A stretch of DNA of 64,000 nt from Lobosporangium transversale. Lineage: Eukaryota. Of this stretch, positions 26,191 to 40,700 are shown piece by piece. A program made the translations under genes and the position numbers. The stretch covers positions 620,001-684,000 of the forward strand of contig NW_019028979.1 of assembly GCF_002105155.1 (NCBI RefSeq). The letters are read 5' to 3'. A model generated the notes under the pieces. The model worked only from the letters and a program-made list of their open reading frames with translations, was not told the DNA's origin and did not search any database. Within the stretch, counting starts at the first letter, position 1; each line of letters begins with the position of its first letter.

Positions 26191-28176
26191 CTACTGAGGC
26201 TCTTCTTGGTTTTCAGAGTGCATTCTTGAAAGATATGCGCGAATGAACGTGCTCTCTTCTAGGCAGCTTGTTTGTGCCTCTCCTAGAAAGTTTCCCATTT
26301 GAACTAATTGATTCATCTCCTCAATACGATAGCTTTTCATCGTAGACACTAAACTTGATATTTGCATCTCAGCCTCAAATTGGCGACAAGTGATCGGGTG
26401 CTCTTGATCAGGCTCCAACAAAGTAGGCATCAGGCAATCACCAGTATGGTTGCAGAGTCTTCTTGTAGCTGGAAGTCTTGGTGAGGCTACGCTGGATGGA
26501 GTGTCCGGCCTGCTCTCGCTCTGCGAGTCAATTTCGTAGTTGATGGCGCGGACAATCGCTAAATCGTCTGCAATTTGCACCTTATCTCCAGTCTCCATAA
26601 TCCTTGTAATATAGAATTCAACTCGATCGGCCAACAAAACCAATGAACGGAGAATCAAGACTGGATAGATATCAAGTTTTGGTATGATTTTACGGAGCTC
26701 CTCTTTCGAAACAATCTTAGTTTCTTGGATTGTCAACATGAGGCGGCCTACAGACCCTTCATCCATCAAATCTGCTTCTTCCATTTGTTCCTCATCATCT
26801 TCAACCTCCTGAGTGACGCAAATTTTGTCATCAGGTTCCTCGATTAGAGCCCCAATGCCATCTTCTTCGTTCAGGGCGTAGAGCCAAAGAAGGCACTGTG
26901 ACTCGTGAGTAATCCACAGCCCTTTACAAATCTCTACCAAATCACACGGCCCGTCGTGCTTATCCATATAAACCGTTATCCTTGGAGGAATGCCTAGTCG
27001 CATCAAAGTGTGTGCCTTTGGCATATAATAAGGATCATCTTCATCCATTGGCATAGCTAGCGTTATAGTTTTAGTTGGGTTATCATGCAAGGTGAACCCA
27101 TATAGAAACCTATATCAACATGATTCAGTAAGGACATTTTAGTGAACTATTAGCACAGCAATGAAGCCTTGGTTCAATGTGTTCATCTACTACCAAGGCT
27201 TTAAATCTTTTGAACCCATAATAATAAAAGAGCCTTACAATAACTCCACGTTGGGCTTATTTCCATATGACAAGAACACTTCTCGTCTTTTCGACTTGGT
27301 TCGATTCTCATCATTCTCAACGCTATCCAAATCCTTTAGTAGCGATTCTTTAGCCCATACTCGAAGACCATCCGGATCTACTTGCCAACGAATGTTTGGA
27401 TATGTCGCGTGGTTAGCAAAATCGAGGAAAGGAACCATATGTAGATCGTCGGTCTGGTGATCTGGCTTTGATGCCAGTCCGTCATCGGTGCTCTTGTCAC
27501 TGTCCCATTGAGTCTGGAATGACAGCACACGAGACCAAAAAATGGCATCCGCCCATATAAAGTTGTCAAGCGATGGGCGGATGGCCCAATGGTCAAATAC
27601 ACCAAGATTGCCACTCAGTAGCTCAAACTCAGCCTCTAGTTTTGAGCGTTTAGCGCAAACAGAGTCGAGCAATAATGTTCCTGCAAGGTAACCACGAACC
27701 AGATCCGGGTCCAATGTAACTGGTGTACAAACATCAGGCAACATAGCGATATACGGCTCAAAGAGCGATGCTGCCGAAAAGTTCTCAGCATTGGTTGGAG
27801 TTGTATTGTCAAAAGTAGGTAAAGGTTCTTCCAGGACACATACTCCATGATCTAGCAGTAGTCGTTGGTAAAGGAGGAAGAGAAGGATAACGAGTCGCTC
27901 TGTAAGCAAGTCGGTACTAAGGACGGCAAAGGTACGTTTTAAGGCAAGACATGGAAGCTTGAGAACACGGGAACGAGAGATAATTAGATCATGAGGCACA
28001 AACAGCAATTCGCCTTCATGTTCACTTCCACATTTGAACTCAGATTTCAACTGGTGAACAAAGGCAGGATCAATAAAGAGACCATTTCCTTTGCCAGAAG
28101 ATGTATGAGGTTCTAATACAGTACGAACGGAATGCTCTGTTGCCCATCTGCGGAAGTTTTTAAGTGACGGAGACAT
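26191..28176 (-). CDS. SET-domain protein-lysine methyltransferase (Rubisco-LSMT/Rkm/Efm-like), 2 exons
   Basis: GKGNGLF, MVPFLDFANH, FLSYGNKPNVELLFLYGF. Confidence 0.85.
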
Positions 28177-28356
28177 AATGTAACGGCTACAAGAGAGTTT
28201 CAAGAGTAAGCGAGAAGATAAGAGTGAAGCTGGATTCTACAGGCGCCGCATGACATCATATAATGGACGCTCTTGCACTAATAGAGAATCCGTGTGTCTA
28301 CAATGGATCCATACATTCTATATATTCATAACAACCTCTAATCGCACAATTAAATC

Positions 28357-29230
28357 GCAGCGTGTCAGATGGCATCATCTTGTACTGTCCATATCCAACA
28401 CCATTCACAGCCTCTCGCTCTTTCGCTCTTTTTCTGACTATCGCATACTCCCTATCCAAGCTGCTATAACTCAGGTCCCTCTTTCTTGATCAGTTTCTTT
28501 TTCTTTCGCACGCTTGAGCAGTAGCTAGGACAGGACTTGGAACCGTCATATCCCCTCCATTTACACCTGTCCTTTAAGTTTATAATAAAATATTATAATA
28601 CGTATGACGATTAGAGACTCCACCACAAAAATTATGCAGACGTCCACAAAGCTTCTAAGCGTTCTTATAAACATACAACTGCTCTGTTTGGTATCGTTGA
28701 TCTATACAACGTTATAATCACACGCGTACAAGTTTTTATTATTTTTATTATTATTTTTTTTTTATTTTTCCCCGCCTACTTCGAATCGAAGAGCAATAGT
28801 GTCAAGGGCATTGCTTCTCAACTAAAACACCTTTGGATTCTTGCGGCCTTGCAAAGTGGCCTGATCCAGCTTTGGAACTTCAGGATGAGTACGTTCCTCG
28901 AGCGGTTAGATGAGCACGGTAGTAAGTCATCAAATAGTCACGAGGGATGATGAAACGGCATCACCTATATCATTTCGCATTATATTCCTATTATGCGCCT
29001 GTTATACAGGCCTTATCCGAAGAGTAGCATTCCATCCCTTTCAATCCTCGTTTGTATCCGCTGGAGATGACTGCAAGATCAAGGATTGGGGCTATAAAAC
29101 ACGACGGTGCCAGTTCACGCTCACGGACCAACACGAGCACCTTTAGATCCTTAGGAAGAAGTAGGAGAATCTTTTTATTTTTACTTTTTATTAAGAGAGC
29201 AGAGGGTATACCAGACAACTATGAGCTAAG
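28357..29230 (+). pseudogene. Degenerate partial tandem duplicate of the COPI alpha gene 5' region
   Basis: Aligns by eye to 29905-30873 and 32544-32620. Intron-1 donor is GT>CT and acceptor AG>AC; internal deletions; reads FESKSNSVKGIA and FVSAGDDCKIKDW. Confidence 0.9.
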
Positions 29231-29796
29231 CCTCCCATTCGCAGGGGCTGCCTTTATTTCTCTTTGAACAGCTCCCAGCCATTTCATAAAGTTCGTAATA
29301 ATTACCTTTGTGTATTGAACTAGTTATTCTTCTTAGAACTTGTAGGAAAGAGAAACTAAAGCTGTCTTTTTGGCTGAAAGAGCATTACAGGGTATCTCAG
29401 CAATACCCATAGCTTTAGCAATTCACACACTCTATCCAACACCATGGGCAGAATCATCCTGCTAAAATTTGCTTCAATATCTTTATTGATGTCACTCCAA
29501 ATGCATATATACTTGCTGATGATACCCAATTATGAAATAACCTTGCGTGTAGGTGCCAATCAATACTCACTTCGGCAAAGTAACCAACGTTATTGTCACT
29601 CTCTAGTATCTCTACTATTCTTCCTCGGGACTGTTATCCATAGCATTTTGAAAGTTGGTGCTATCTCTTTCATCTTCCCTCTCCAACTCAGTAGCATTTT
29701 ACTGCTTTCTCTCGGCTTCTACAACCTTTTCATCCTGGGGCTGCACTATAACAGAACATTTATCATGTTAGACTTTTAATCATGACGCCTGAAAAA

Positions 29797-29842
29797 ACGC
29801 GTTATATTTAACGCGTTCGCGATGGCAAATTCAAATCACGTG
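29797..29842. promoter_or_regulatory. Two ACGCGT boxes and a CACGTG E-box upstream of COPI alpha
   Basis: acgcgt twice, then tcacgtga. Confidence 0.4.
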
Positions 29843-30199
29843 AATTCGCAATTTTTTGGAGGGCATTTGTGTTCTCGTCAATGTATGAATGTCGAGGCGA
29901 GACAGGGCGTGCCACGATGGCATCCTCTCATCATCTTATGTTGATTGCTCATTTCTAACAACATTCACAGTCTTCGTTCTTCTTATTTTTCATTATTTTA
30001 CCTTTTTCATTCTTCTTTATTCGACTACTACATCTTTCCATCCTGGCTACTATAGTCCAGATCCTTCTTTCTTGATCAGTTTCTACTTCTCTCACATTCT
30101 TGAGCAGCAGTTAGGACAAGACTTGGGACCGTCATAAACGCCAACGGACACCCACTAGACTCTACCACTTCCATTTATTCTACCCTTTCTTCTTTCAAG

Positions 30200-33100
30200 A
30201 TGCAAATGCTCACAAAGGTTTCAAGGCTTGTTACAAACACAACTGCTCTGTTTGCCAACGTCGGCCTATGCAATGTTACAACTACATGTGGACTTAAGTT
30301 TTTTTATTTTTTTTTTCCTCACCTAGTTCGAGTCGAAGAGCAATCGTGTCAAGGGCATTGCTTTTCATCCAAAACGACCTTGGATCCTTGCAGCCTTACA
30401 TAACGGCTCTATCCAACTTTGGGACTATAGAATGGGCACACTTCTTGAGCGGTTTGATGAGCATGATGGTAAGAAAGACAGACAGACAATACAGACTTTA
30501 CAGAACGGAGCAGAGCAGAAAATCGGATCGTTAGATAGTAGATAAGCACACAAACAGGCAGTAACAAATGTCAAATGTCAAATTATACAAGAAATTGCGG
30601 AACGCCTTTTTATGAATTTTTTATTTGCCTCATAGTCATAATATCGTTTTCTTTTTTCTGCCGTATACTACTTCTTCTACTTTTACTTCTATAAAAAGGC
30701 CCTGTCCGTGGAATTGCATTCCATCCCTCTCAACCCTTGTTTGTATCTGCTGGTGATGATTACAAGATCAAGGTCTGGAATTATAAGACGCGACGGTGCC
30801 AATTCACACTCACGGGCCATCTAGACTATGTGCGCACAGTATACTTTCATCACGAATATCCTTGGATCCTCAGTTGTTCAGATGATCAAACGATTCGTAT
30901 CTGGAATTGGCAGTCTCGCAACTGTATCGCCATTCTGACAGGTCATAATCACTATGTTATGAGTGCACAATTTCACCCTAAAGAGGATTTGATTGTCTCT
31001 GCATCTCTGGATCAGACAGTTCGTGTCTGGGACTTTTCAGGCAAGTTTTTTTTGTGTATGTATTCTTAGCTGTCATTATTTACTCGTATATTTACACTAT
31101 ACACTCCATTCTCCCCACATACCTTTTTGTTGCTGTTAGGCCTCAGAAAAAAGAATGCTGCACCCGGAACTGTTGCGTATGACGAGAGTGCGCACCGTGC
31201 ATCACAGCAGGCAGACATTTTTGGAAGCACCGATGCAGTTGTGAAATATGTCCTTGAAGGCCACGATCGTAGTGTCAATTGGGCAACATTCCACCCAACC
31301 TTGCCTCTGATTGTTTCTGCCGGTGATGATCGCCAAGTTAAGCTTTGGAGAATGAATGGTAACTTTTTTTTTTTTTTTTTTTTTTTTTGCCGCTTTTAAT
31401 TAGCGTGGTAGCTAACCGCGAGTCCTTTTTTTATATATTAATTCAGAGACCAAGGCTTGGGAGGTTGATACTTGCAGAGGACATACCAACAATGTTTCAT
31501 GCACCATCTTCCATCAGCGTCAAGAGCTCATCATTTCGGTGGCAGAAGACAAATCCATCCGTGTATGGGATATGTCAAAGCGTACTGCTGTGCAGACATT
31601 TCGCCGGGAACACGACCGATTCTGGGCATTGACAGCCCATCCTGAGCTCAACTTGTTTGCAGCTGGTAAGGTGTTAAGCAATATTTATGTGGTGCTATAT
31701 GTTGTTCCCATTCGAAATCGGTGGATAAGGATAATGTCACTGACTCATAGCTGTGGTCTTTTTTTTTTTTTTTTTTTTTTTTTTACCTATAAATCAAATT
31801 GCAGGTCATGACAACGGCTTGATTGTGTTCAAATTGGAGAGAGAACGACCGGCTTATGCTGTACACCAAGCAAATTTGTTCTACATCAAGGACAAATATT
31901 TACGCGTCTATGACTATGGCACCTCACAGGACACAGCAATGTTGTCAGTGCGTCGCGCTGGATCGCAATTTGTCCAACCAAGAGCATTATCGTACAATCC
32001 TGCGGAGCGGGCTGTGCTGATCACATCCACTGTGGATGGAGGCACATATGAGCTGTACAACTTGCCTAAGGATTATGGCGGAGATGCACGTGAACCAGCC
32101 AATGAGGGCAAGCGAGGATCAGGCAACTCAGCGATCTTTATTGCGCGCAATCGATTTGCGGTCCTTGAAAAGGTGGCGCAGACGATTACAATTCGCGATC
32201 TGCAGAATAACAGTACAAAATCGTTCAAGGCACCCAACGTGGTGAATGAGATATTTTATGCAGGTACGGGTCAATTATTGTTAAGTACACCAACATCAGT
32301 GATCTTATATGATATTCAGCAGCGGAGGACAATCTCGGAGGTGACGACGCCTCCGGTCAAGTATGTCGTATGGTCGACGGACATGGCATATGTGGCTCTG
32401 CTGAGCAAGCATACGATCACGGTTGCGACCAAGTCATTGGAACAGACATGCTTGATCCACGAGACTATCAGGATTAAGAGCGCAGCATGGGATGACAGTG
32501 GCATCTTGATTTACTCGACGTTGAACCACATTAAATACGCACTTCCTCAGGGGTAAGTAGGAGAATGTTTTTATTTTTTATTAAGAGAGCAGAGGGTATA
32601 TCAGATAACTATAAGCTAAGGAAATGGTATTAACTATTTTATTATTTCTGTTCTTAATTGTTCATTTCCACTTTTTTATTCTATTATATAGTGATAATGG
32701 AATCATTCGTACATTGGACCAGCCCATCTACCTAACGCGGGTCAAGGGCAAGAACGTTTACTGCCTGGATCGAGATGGCAAGACACGAACGATCTCTATT
32801 GATCCAACTGAGTATCGATTCAAGCAGGCGCTGACGAAGCGCAACTATGATGAAGTTCTGCAGATTATCCGTAACTCCAACTTGGTGGGACAATCCATCA
32901 TTGCATATCTGCAAAAGAAGGGCTACCCTGAGATTGCACTTCACTTTGTACGTGATGACAAAACACGGTTCGAGTTGGCGTTGGAGTGCGGCAACCTAGA
33001 GGTAGGATTGGAAACAGCCAAATCGATCAACAAGGAAGAAAGTTGGAACAAGTTGGCACAGGAAGCGCTTCGACAGGGCAATCACCAAATTGTGGAGATG

Positions 33101-35107
33101 TGCTATCAGCGCGTCAAAAACTTTGACAGACTTTCGTTTTTGTACCTGGTAACTGGAAACACAGATAAGCTATCTCGAATGCTCCAGATTGCGGAACTTC
33201 GCGGTGATGCCATGTCACGCTTCCACAACTCGCTGTTTTTAGGCAATGTCGAGGAGCGTGTTCGCTTGCTGCGTGAGATTGGACAGGGTAAGAGAGAAGG
33301 AGGGAGAGGTTTTAAAGTTTTAATTCATCCGAACTGGGGTTTTTTTACTAATTTTTGCTAATTAATTTCATTATGGCTTTAGCCCCGCTGGCATATTTGA
33401 CCGCCAAGACACACGGCATGAACGATATTGCTGAGGAGATTCTAGAAAGCTCTGGATTGACAGCAGAGGATGTTGTAGATCTTCCGAGACAGGGTACACT
33501 GCTGGTTCCACCACGACCACTGATGCGTATACACGACCTGAACTGGCCACAGCTTTCAGTGTCGCGCAGCTACTTTGAAAGTGTGTTCTCAGGAGATATG
33601 GAGGGTGTTGCACCACAGGCGCCATTTACAGCATCGGAGCCGGAACCCCAAGTAGACCAATGGGGCATGGATGATGAATTTAGCATTCAAGCAGTGGAGC
33701 AGAAGGGAGCATCTTTGGCACCAATTGGGAACGATGGATTTGACGTTGATGGTGAGGGTGGATGGGATTTGGATGCAGATCTTGCAGCAGAACTACATGC
33801 GGAGACTGGAGCTATTGTTGCTGAGGATAGTGGGCTGACGATCCCTGTTGCTGGGCAGAGCGAAGGAGAAATTTGGTGCCAGAACTCGCCATTGGCAGCG
33901 GACCATGTAGCAGCAGGAGCATTTGAGTCTGCGATGCAGGTAAGTGGATGAAGATGATAGAAGAGGGAATGTAATGTTAAAGTGTTTATAGTGGTTACTT
34001 CGCTAATAGAGAACCATCGTTATTATGTTGGATTCCTCTACACAGCTCTTGAACCGACAAGTGGGTGCAGTCAACTTTGAGCCACTCAAGGACCACTTTT
34101 TGTCGATTTTCCAGGCCAGTCGTGCGATTGTTACTGGTAATGAAGGCATGCCGCCGATTACACTACCAGTTCGCCGCAATCCTACGGAAACTGATTCAAG
34201 GAAAGCGTTGCCTGTGCTTGTCAAGAATTTCCAGTCATTGATCTCCAAGGAGTTGCAGGATGCGTACAAGCTGACAACGTCGAATAAGATCACAGAGGCA
34301 TGCACGTTGTTCAGAAGTATTCTACATACTCTATTATTGACAGTTGTTACTCAAGCATCAGAGGCTGAAGAGGTATATAAGCATGATTATAAGGACGTTA
34401 AGGCGCCCATCATAGGCAGCGGTTTTTTTTTTACACGTTTTGTATATTTGTATTTTGATAAATTGCAGACTAATTTAATGAAACGCATTGAATTCTGGCT
34501 TTAAAAAAACTCAGGTATTGCAGCTTGTGGGAGTCTGTCGCGAATACATACTTGGATTGAGCGTAGAGCTGAGCCGTCGTGAGGTCCAGAATGACACGTC
34601 GGCAGCAGGGATTAAGAGAATGTTGGAGTTAGCAGCATACTTCACAGCGGTCCAGCTGCAGCCAAAACACATGATTATCAGTTTGCGTACAGCAATGACA
34701 GCATGCTATAAGCATAAGAATCTACAATCTGCGCAGACATTTGCACGTCGGTTGTTAGAGCTGGCTCCTCCAGGACAGGCAGCAACGCTTGCGCGACAAA
34801 TCCAACAGGTTGCGGAGCGTAACCCTCGTGATGAGATTCAGCTGGATTATGATCAGGTATGGCAAGTTTTTTTTTTTTTTTTTTTTTTTTTGCTTGATCA
34901 TTACTTGACTAACTTTTTTTTTATGATCAGTACAACTCGTTTGTGGTTTGTGGCATTTCGTACACGCCCATCTATCGTGGGTCACCCAGTGTACAATGTC
35001 CCTATTGCCGAGCACACTTCAAGCCTGAATTCCAAGGCAATCTATGCACAGTATGCGACATCTCACAGATCGGTAGTACCGGGACAGGCATGGTGGTACT
35101 TCCCTAG
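30200..35107 (+). CDS. COP1: Coatomer subunit alpha (COPI), spliced
   Basis: [18 protein letters not shown]40 repeats, [26 protein letters not shown]-terminal Cys-rich CPYC...CTVC. Confidence 0.97.
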
Positions 35108-35489
35108 ACTCCTTGCTCCAAATGATTGAGGCAAATACCTCCGTATTCCAGACTTCCACTCTCATTTGCTCTGCAATGCAAATAGAAGTAGATTAATAAA
35201 CTATTCAGGTCATTTTAATACCATGGTTACCAGCGCAATGTTCTACTGACCTTTTTATACCTGCTTCATGCAGTTGAAACAGATATGAGGACCATTACGA
35301 CCGTGTGCTTGAATTGAAGAGCCTATTGAGGTTTGTTCAATGCTTTGCTAAAAAAGTAAAATTGGGCGTATGTCATATTCGCTTGCTCGTGTTTTCGATT
35401 TAAACTCATCCATGTCATCCGTCCTTTGTTCCATCGCTATTTCTTTACCATTCAATTTTTGATCCTTCAGCACTCAATTATTCACCGCC

Positions 35490-37475
35490 ATGATCATCAA
35501 CCTGTTAACCACAGCTTTGGTCCTGTGCATTCTAGGTGTCGTGCTCCTCTTGATCGCTTATTTGGTATTCGACTCTCACCGCTTTAGCACCCTATACTAA
35601 AGTTGCTGGACCTATTTTCCTCCTCCTTCTAGCCAACTCTCATTTACACTTTTTACACTCTATATATTACTAGACTTCACTCGCCATTCTTTTGTTCGTG
35701 CCATGGACCCAAGCGTACCTTGTCTTCGCTCATTGGTTACGATTTCAAAACCCTGCAAGGTTGCTCACTCCTGAAGCATATACACTCCGACGTGAGTCTT
35801 ATTACTTTCATTTTTTATTTTACTGATAACTCTTCATAGCGACTATTTTCTTGACATCTAACTATGCTCACATTCGTATATTTCAATATGACTCCTCAAT
35901 AGCCTTTAGCACGCGAAATATCCGGATATCCACACCAGACAACTTGCAGCTTGGAGCTTGGCATATCCTACCTATCAACACACCTAGGACTGTTCTGGAA
36001 AAGATACATGCAAACGAACCCGCTTCTCCTCGTCTTGATAATGGAAGAAACTCTGATAGCGGCTATGGCATCTTCATCAACGAGCAGACAGAATCCATTT
36101 TTGAGGAAGCCTTGAAGACAGCAGATAAAGTTATTCTATATTTTCATGGTCAAGTGGGTGCGTCTAATGTATTAATTTAATAGCCTTGAATGTGTTGCGC
36201 ACAGGCCAAATGTTTTGCACAGAACCACTCAGCCTCATCTACTATTTCCTTCTAGGCGATCGAGGGAAATCTAATAGGATCGCGACATACAAGGGTATTC
36301 AGGAAGCATTGCCTTCTGCTCATATCATCACTATTGACTGTCGAGGCTACGGGGATTCGGAGGGCTTTCCATCTGAGCTAGGTTTCAAAATGGACGCCTT
36401 TGCAGCCTGGCAATGGGTAACAAAGCGGGTAGCGAGTGAAAAAGTTATTATCTATGGGCACTCCCTCGGTTCAGGAATTGCAACCAATTTATGCCTACAA
36501 CTTGAGGAGCAGCAAATCGCACCTTTAGCCATGGTACTTGATGCAGCATTCACTTCAATGCCTGACATGATGACGGCATACAGAAAAATCCCTATTGTCC
36601 GACCTTTTGCCCGCTTTCCGTTCCTTTTAAACCATTTCAAGTTGAGATTGATGGATCGCTTTGAAACTGTCCAAGCTGTCGAAACTATAAAGTCTCCGCT
36701 GCTGCTGATTCACGGGCAAGAAGATGCGGACGTACTAATCTCAAATTCCCATACATTATTTCACACTGCCCTCACAGCTCGTCGGCTACAGCCATGTACA
36801 AAGGAGCTCGCAGTGACCGAGGCTGGGGAAGCAGCTTCAGCAGAAGATGAATTAGCTCGTGCAGGACTAGACCTTTCATTCCAAATTAGCCACTCTACCA
36901 GCAGAAATATTAACGCGGACGAAAATCATATCCAACTGAGAACGAAGGGCAAGTCGTGGAGCAAAGGCATTGATGTTCTAGATGATAATTTAGATGAGTC
37001 AGATTCTACCAAGGAGTTAAAGCCACCATCGTATAGTGACGACTCTGGTCTCGGTAGCGAGGGTAACAGCGGGAACAGTAGTGTATTTACGACCTCCCCA
37101 CTCCATGGCTCTGGTGAATCAGTACAAGGGCATCAACAACGTGAACGTCAGCGCAACCGTGGACAAGGACAATGTCACACTGTTCAGCTGGATTTTCCGC
37201 GCGAAGGTTCGCTTGAGTATAATCAAGAATACCAAATTGGATTCTTGACAGTGCAATATGCAGCACATAATACCTGTATGGATTTTGTGCTTTCAACAGA
37301 GGTTCTGGGGCTGTTCATAAAGACAACAGAGAATCAACGACGTAAGAATACGTCGACTTATGCGAATATCAGTAGGCATGACTGTGATGAATACGACCTA
37401 GATCTTGCGTCAGCACTTTGTCGTGACAGGATCGGGTATGTTGACCGGAGCGAAGTGCCTGAGGTGGTAGAGTAA
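35490..37475 (+). CDS. Membrane-anchored alpha/beta hydrolase (ABHD12/ABHD13-like), 4 exons
   Basis: N-terminal hydrophobic anchor; LGAWHILP, LYFHG, IDCRGYGDSEG, nucleophile GHSLG, LIHGQED. Confidence 0.88.
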
Positions 37476-37760
37476 AATTGAGAAGCAAAAATAAACCATA
37501 AAAAAAAAAAAATACAAGCTTGTCACGCGAAATTCAATCATCGTTTTTAAAATAGAAATATATTTTAGTTTCACCATCGTCAATGAAAGAGCAGACAATG
37601 TAGCATTTCATTGGAATGCACCAACAGATCAGCATTCCTTGATCTAACTTCTAGCATCAGCCGGCCAGTATCTTTTAATTCTTATTCTAGCTCATTCCAG
37701 TCATATTATCAATCGTTGCTGTATTAGAATAATCTTATTGAGTGCACTTGAATAAGTGCC

Positions 37761-40700
37761 ATGACCAACAGTTCAACCCTCCAACGAACTTTAGCAACGC
37801 CACCACGAAACAAACAAACCACAGAGGCTATTAAGGCATCAAAAGTTATCTATCCAACCAGCTTGCAGCCTGACGCAATGGATCGAGTCCCTACTATGAG
37901 CGTAGCTGATAGGTAGGTAGGCGGCTTCTCAACGAGACGATTTAATTTCTTGTCATTGACCCTACATCCGATCCTCAATGAATGTCGAAGTTGTAACACT
38001 CACAAGCACTTCCTGGGTCTTTATAGCGTACTCCTCCAGGCAACGCTGAAGCAATCGCGACATACCTGGACTCACACAGCTTTTGCACGATTCACACCTG
38101 AGTCTGCCGTGCGTGGACCTGGCGGTAAAAAATACGTTTCGGAAGTGACGCCTGTTGGACTTTGCACCGTCTGTATCGGGCCACATATGTTTCTTGATAC
38201 AAAATTTTTTACAGTATACAACCCATCGCCACCAACTCCTTCATCACCTCCCCCTGCGACTGCAGCTCTTAGCACGACTACTGACGCCATAGCACTACCG
38301 ACTGAGGAATTTCCTCAGTCATCATCCACGTTGACCAATATCGTACCTACAGGGACAACAGGGACAACAGCGCCGGAAGGTATGGATGGGCTGATCGAAG
38401 CTCAACCGGGGAACTTATCTGCACAAGAAAAGCTGTCCGAATCAGTATCGGACACTCTCATGGATGGAGATATGGATATTGATAATAAATCCACAAACAT
38501 ATCATTAGCCGATGATTCGAAAAGCCAACCGGTCGTTGTACACCATCTACAATCAGCTGAAACATGCACACCCAGTATACCAGTTGTTGCAATGGAAGAT
38601 GATACTTTACAAGGAAAATCGTTGATAGAACCGGCAGAGAAGCCTTCTACGACTACACCAACATCCATAGATGCTAAAGCCAAAACACCGGCTGCAAAGC
38701 CGCAACGACCGATGTATCAAGTAATTTTTGAGTTCAGAGAGAACCCTGGTGTACGATGGCTATTTCCGCACGAGTCATCGCTTGAGTTCACGTCAATTGA
38801 AGGCTGCGATACCGCCAAAATCTCCGCTTCATTCTGGTTACCAACGACAGAGGAATCATGTGCAGGCGCGTATGGATTAGGATCTGGCTCAGAGACTGCC
38901 TCCAGATCTGGCCAGGCCACAACTGTCGTTATTCTTCAAGCTACCAATGAGCTTTGGGTGGGACTTCAACAGTCCATCAGCGACCCAGCATTGACATATC
39001 GACTTATGTTGGAAAAGATGAAGAGCATTCCGCCTCGAACCTACGTTCAGTATAATCTTCCCCTAGATTTTCCGGACGACCAGTTACAACATAAGGGCTT
39101 CAAAAAACTTTCCGATCATCATGTGGACCCATTAAAGAAGTTTGAACCGTCAAAGCGGAAACCTGACGATATAGTGAGTTTTTATTTATTTATTCATTTG
39201 CCTATTTGGAAAACATTCAAAAATGCTTCTTTTGTTTTAATATAAAAAGCAAAAGGCTGATATTTTATTCTTTTATAAAATTGTAGGTGGAACAGCAGAC
39301 ATTTGGGAAAACAAAGCGATCAAAAGCTGAGCTGGATCAAGTCGGGCCTTTTAGCCATAAAAACGCGATGACGACTAAAAAGAATACACAGACAACCAGC
39401 GCAGGTAGTAGCAATGCTGCATCAAGTTCGGTATCTCATCAGAAGCAGTGTGCTTACTGTGGAGTAACCTCGACACCAACATGGAGACGTGGCCCTGAGG
39501 GGCCGCATACACTCTGCAATGCCTGTGGAGTGAAATGGAGACAAGGAAAGATTTTTATAAATCCTGGAGAAAAACCTGGCCTAGCTCAGACGCCTGGGAC
39601 AACTTCAGTCTCAACCCCCGCACCACTACCTGTCTCGAGGAAACTTCCACCCCCACCGCCACAACCAACGCCATTAGCGCTTCAAAAGATCCCTACAACA
39701 ACACTTAGTGTTACCATTTTACCTCCTGACTCCCTAACAACTACAGCTGAGGCCGCTGTTCGTATGCAGCAGGGTTTAGTCCGACATGCAGAGCAATTAT
39801 TATTTGTAGATAACCCCGGAACTGAGACTGAGCTGCGACCTGAGCCAAAAATGTCGAGCAAACGCGCTTCTAGCACTATAAGGAAGCAAAACTCATCCGC
39901 ATTGAGTACAGATGGAAAAATGCTAAAGACAGTTTATGGGGAAACAACCTCGTCAGGGAAAAAGAGAAGTATTAGTAAAGGTAAAGAAAAGATTGGCATT
40001 ATGCTTTTGACTATTCTGGAAATGGCATCGCAGAAGCCCAATGTTTATATACCCAATTTTTTGTGTGACCTTCATATACAACGATAGGGCCTAAAATGGT
40101 CCCCATTAATCAAATTGGAGAGTCATCTAAGCCTCATGGTAAAATTGTCGCCAGTTCGAAGAAAGACAAAGATAGGGACAAGAGCAAGGAGAAGGAGAAG
40201 GATAAAGAAAAGGAGAAGGCAAAAGCTAAAGAAAAATTAAAGAGCAAGCCTAAACAGAAGGAATGTGAAAAAAATATAGTCATTGAAGTACCAGCTCCTC
40301 AATCAAAGGCAACTGAAGCTGCTATATCTTTAGCCATGGGATCGCCTAACAAGACAATGTCAGCACAAATCACTGGTACAACAAGCTCCACTACCTGTCT
40401 TGCTGACCCCACCTCCGATAAAATCCTCTCGGAGCCAGCCAGTATACTTGTTGCAACCCCCACACCCATTCCTGCGGCAACGCAAACCATGGCTCACAAG
40501 CCTGGGACCACAATAACATCAAATATATCAAACCCAAATCCTCTGACTATCGGAACCACTTCGCAATCAACCGTTAAGTCACCTTTGGCAATGTCAGCAG
40601 CTACAAAGCTTTCGATTCTCAAATCTCTTGCCAGTAACCCTAGATATCAAGTTGGACACGACGCTGCTGTTTCCACAGTTAGTCTGATAGATGAAGGACT

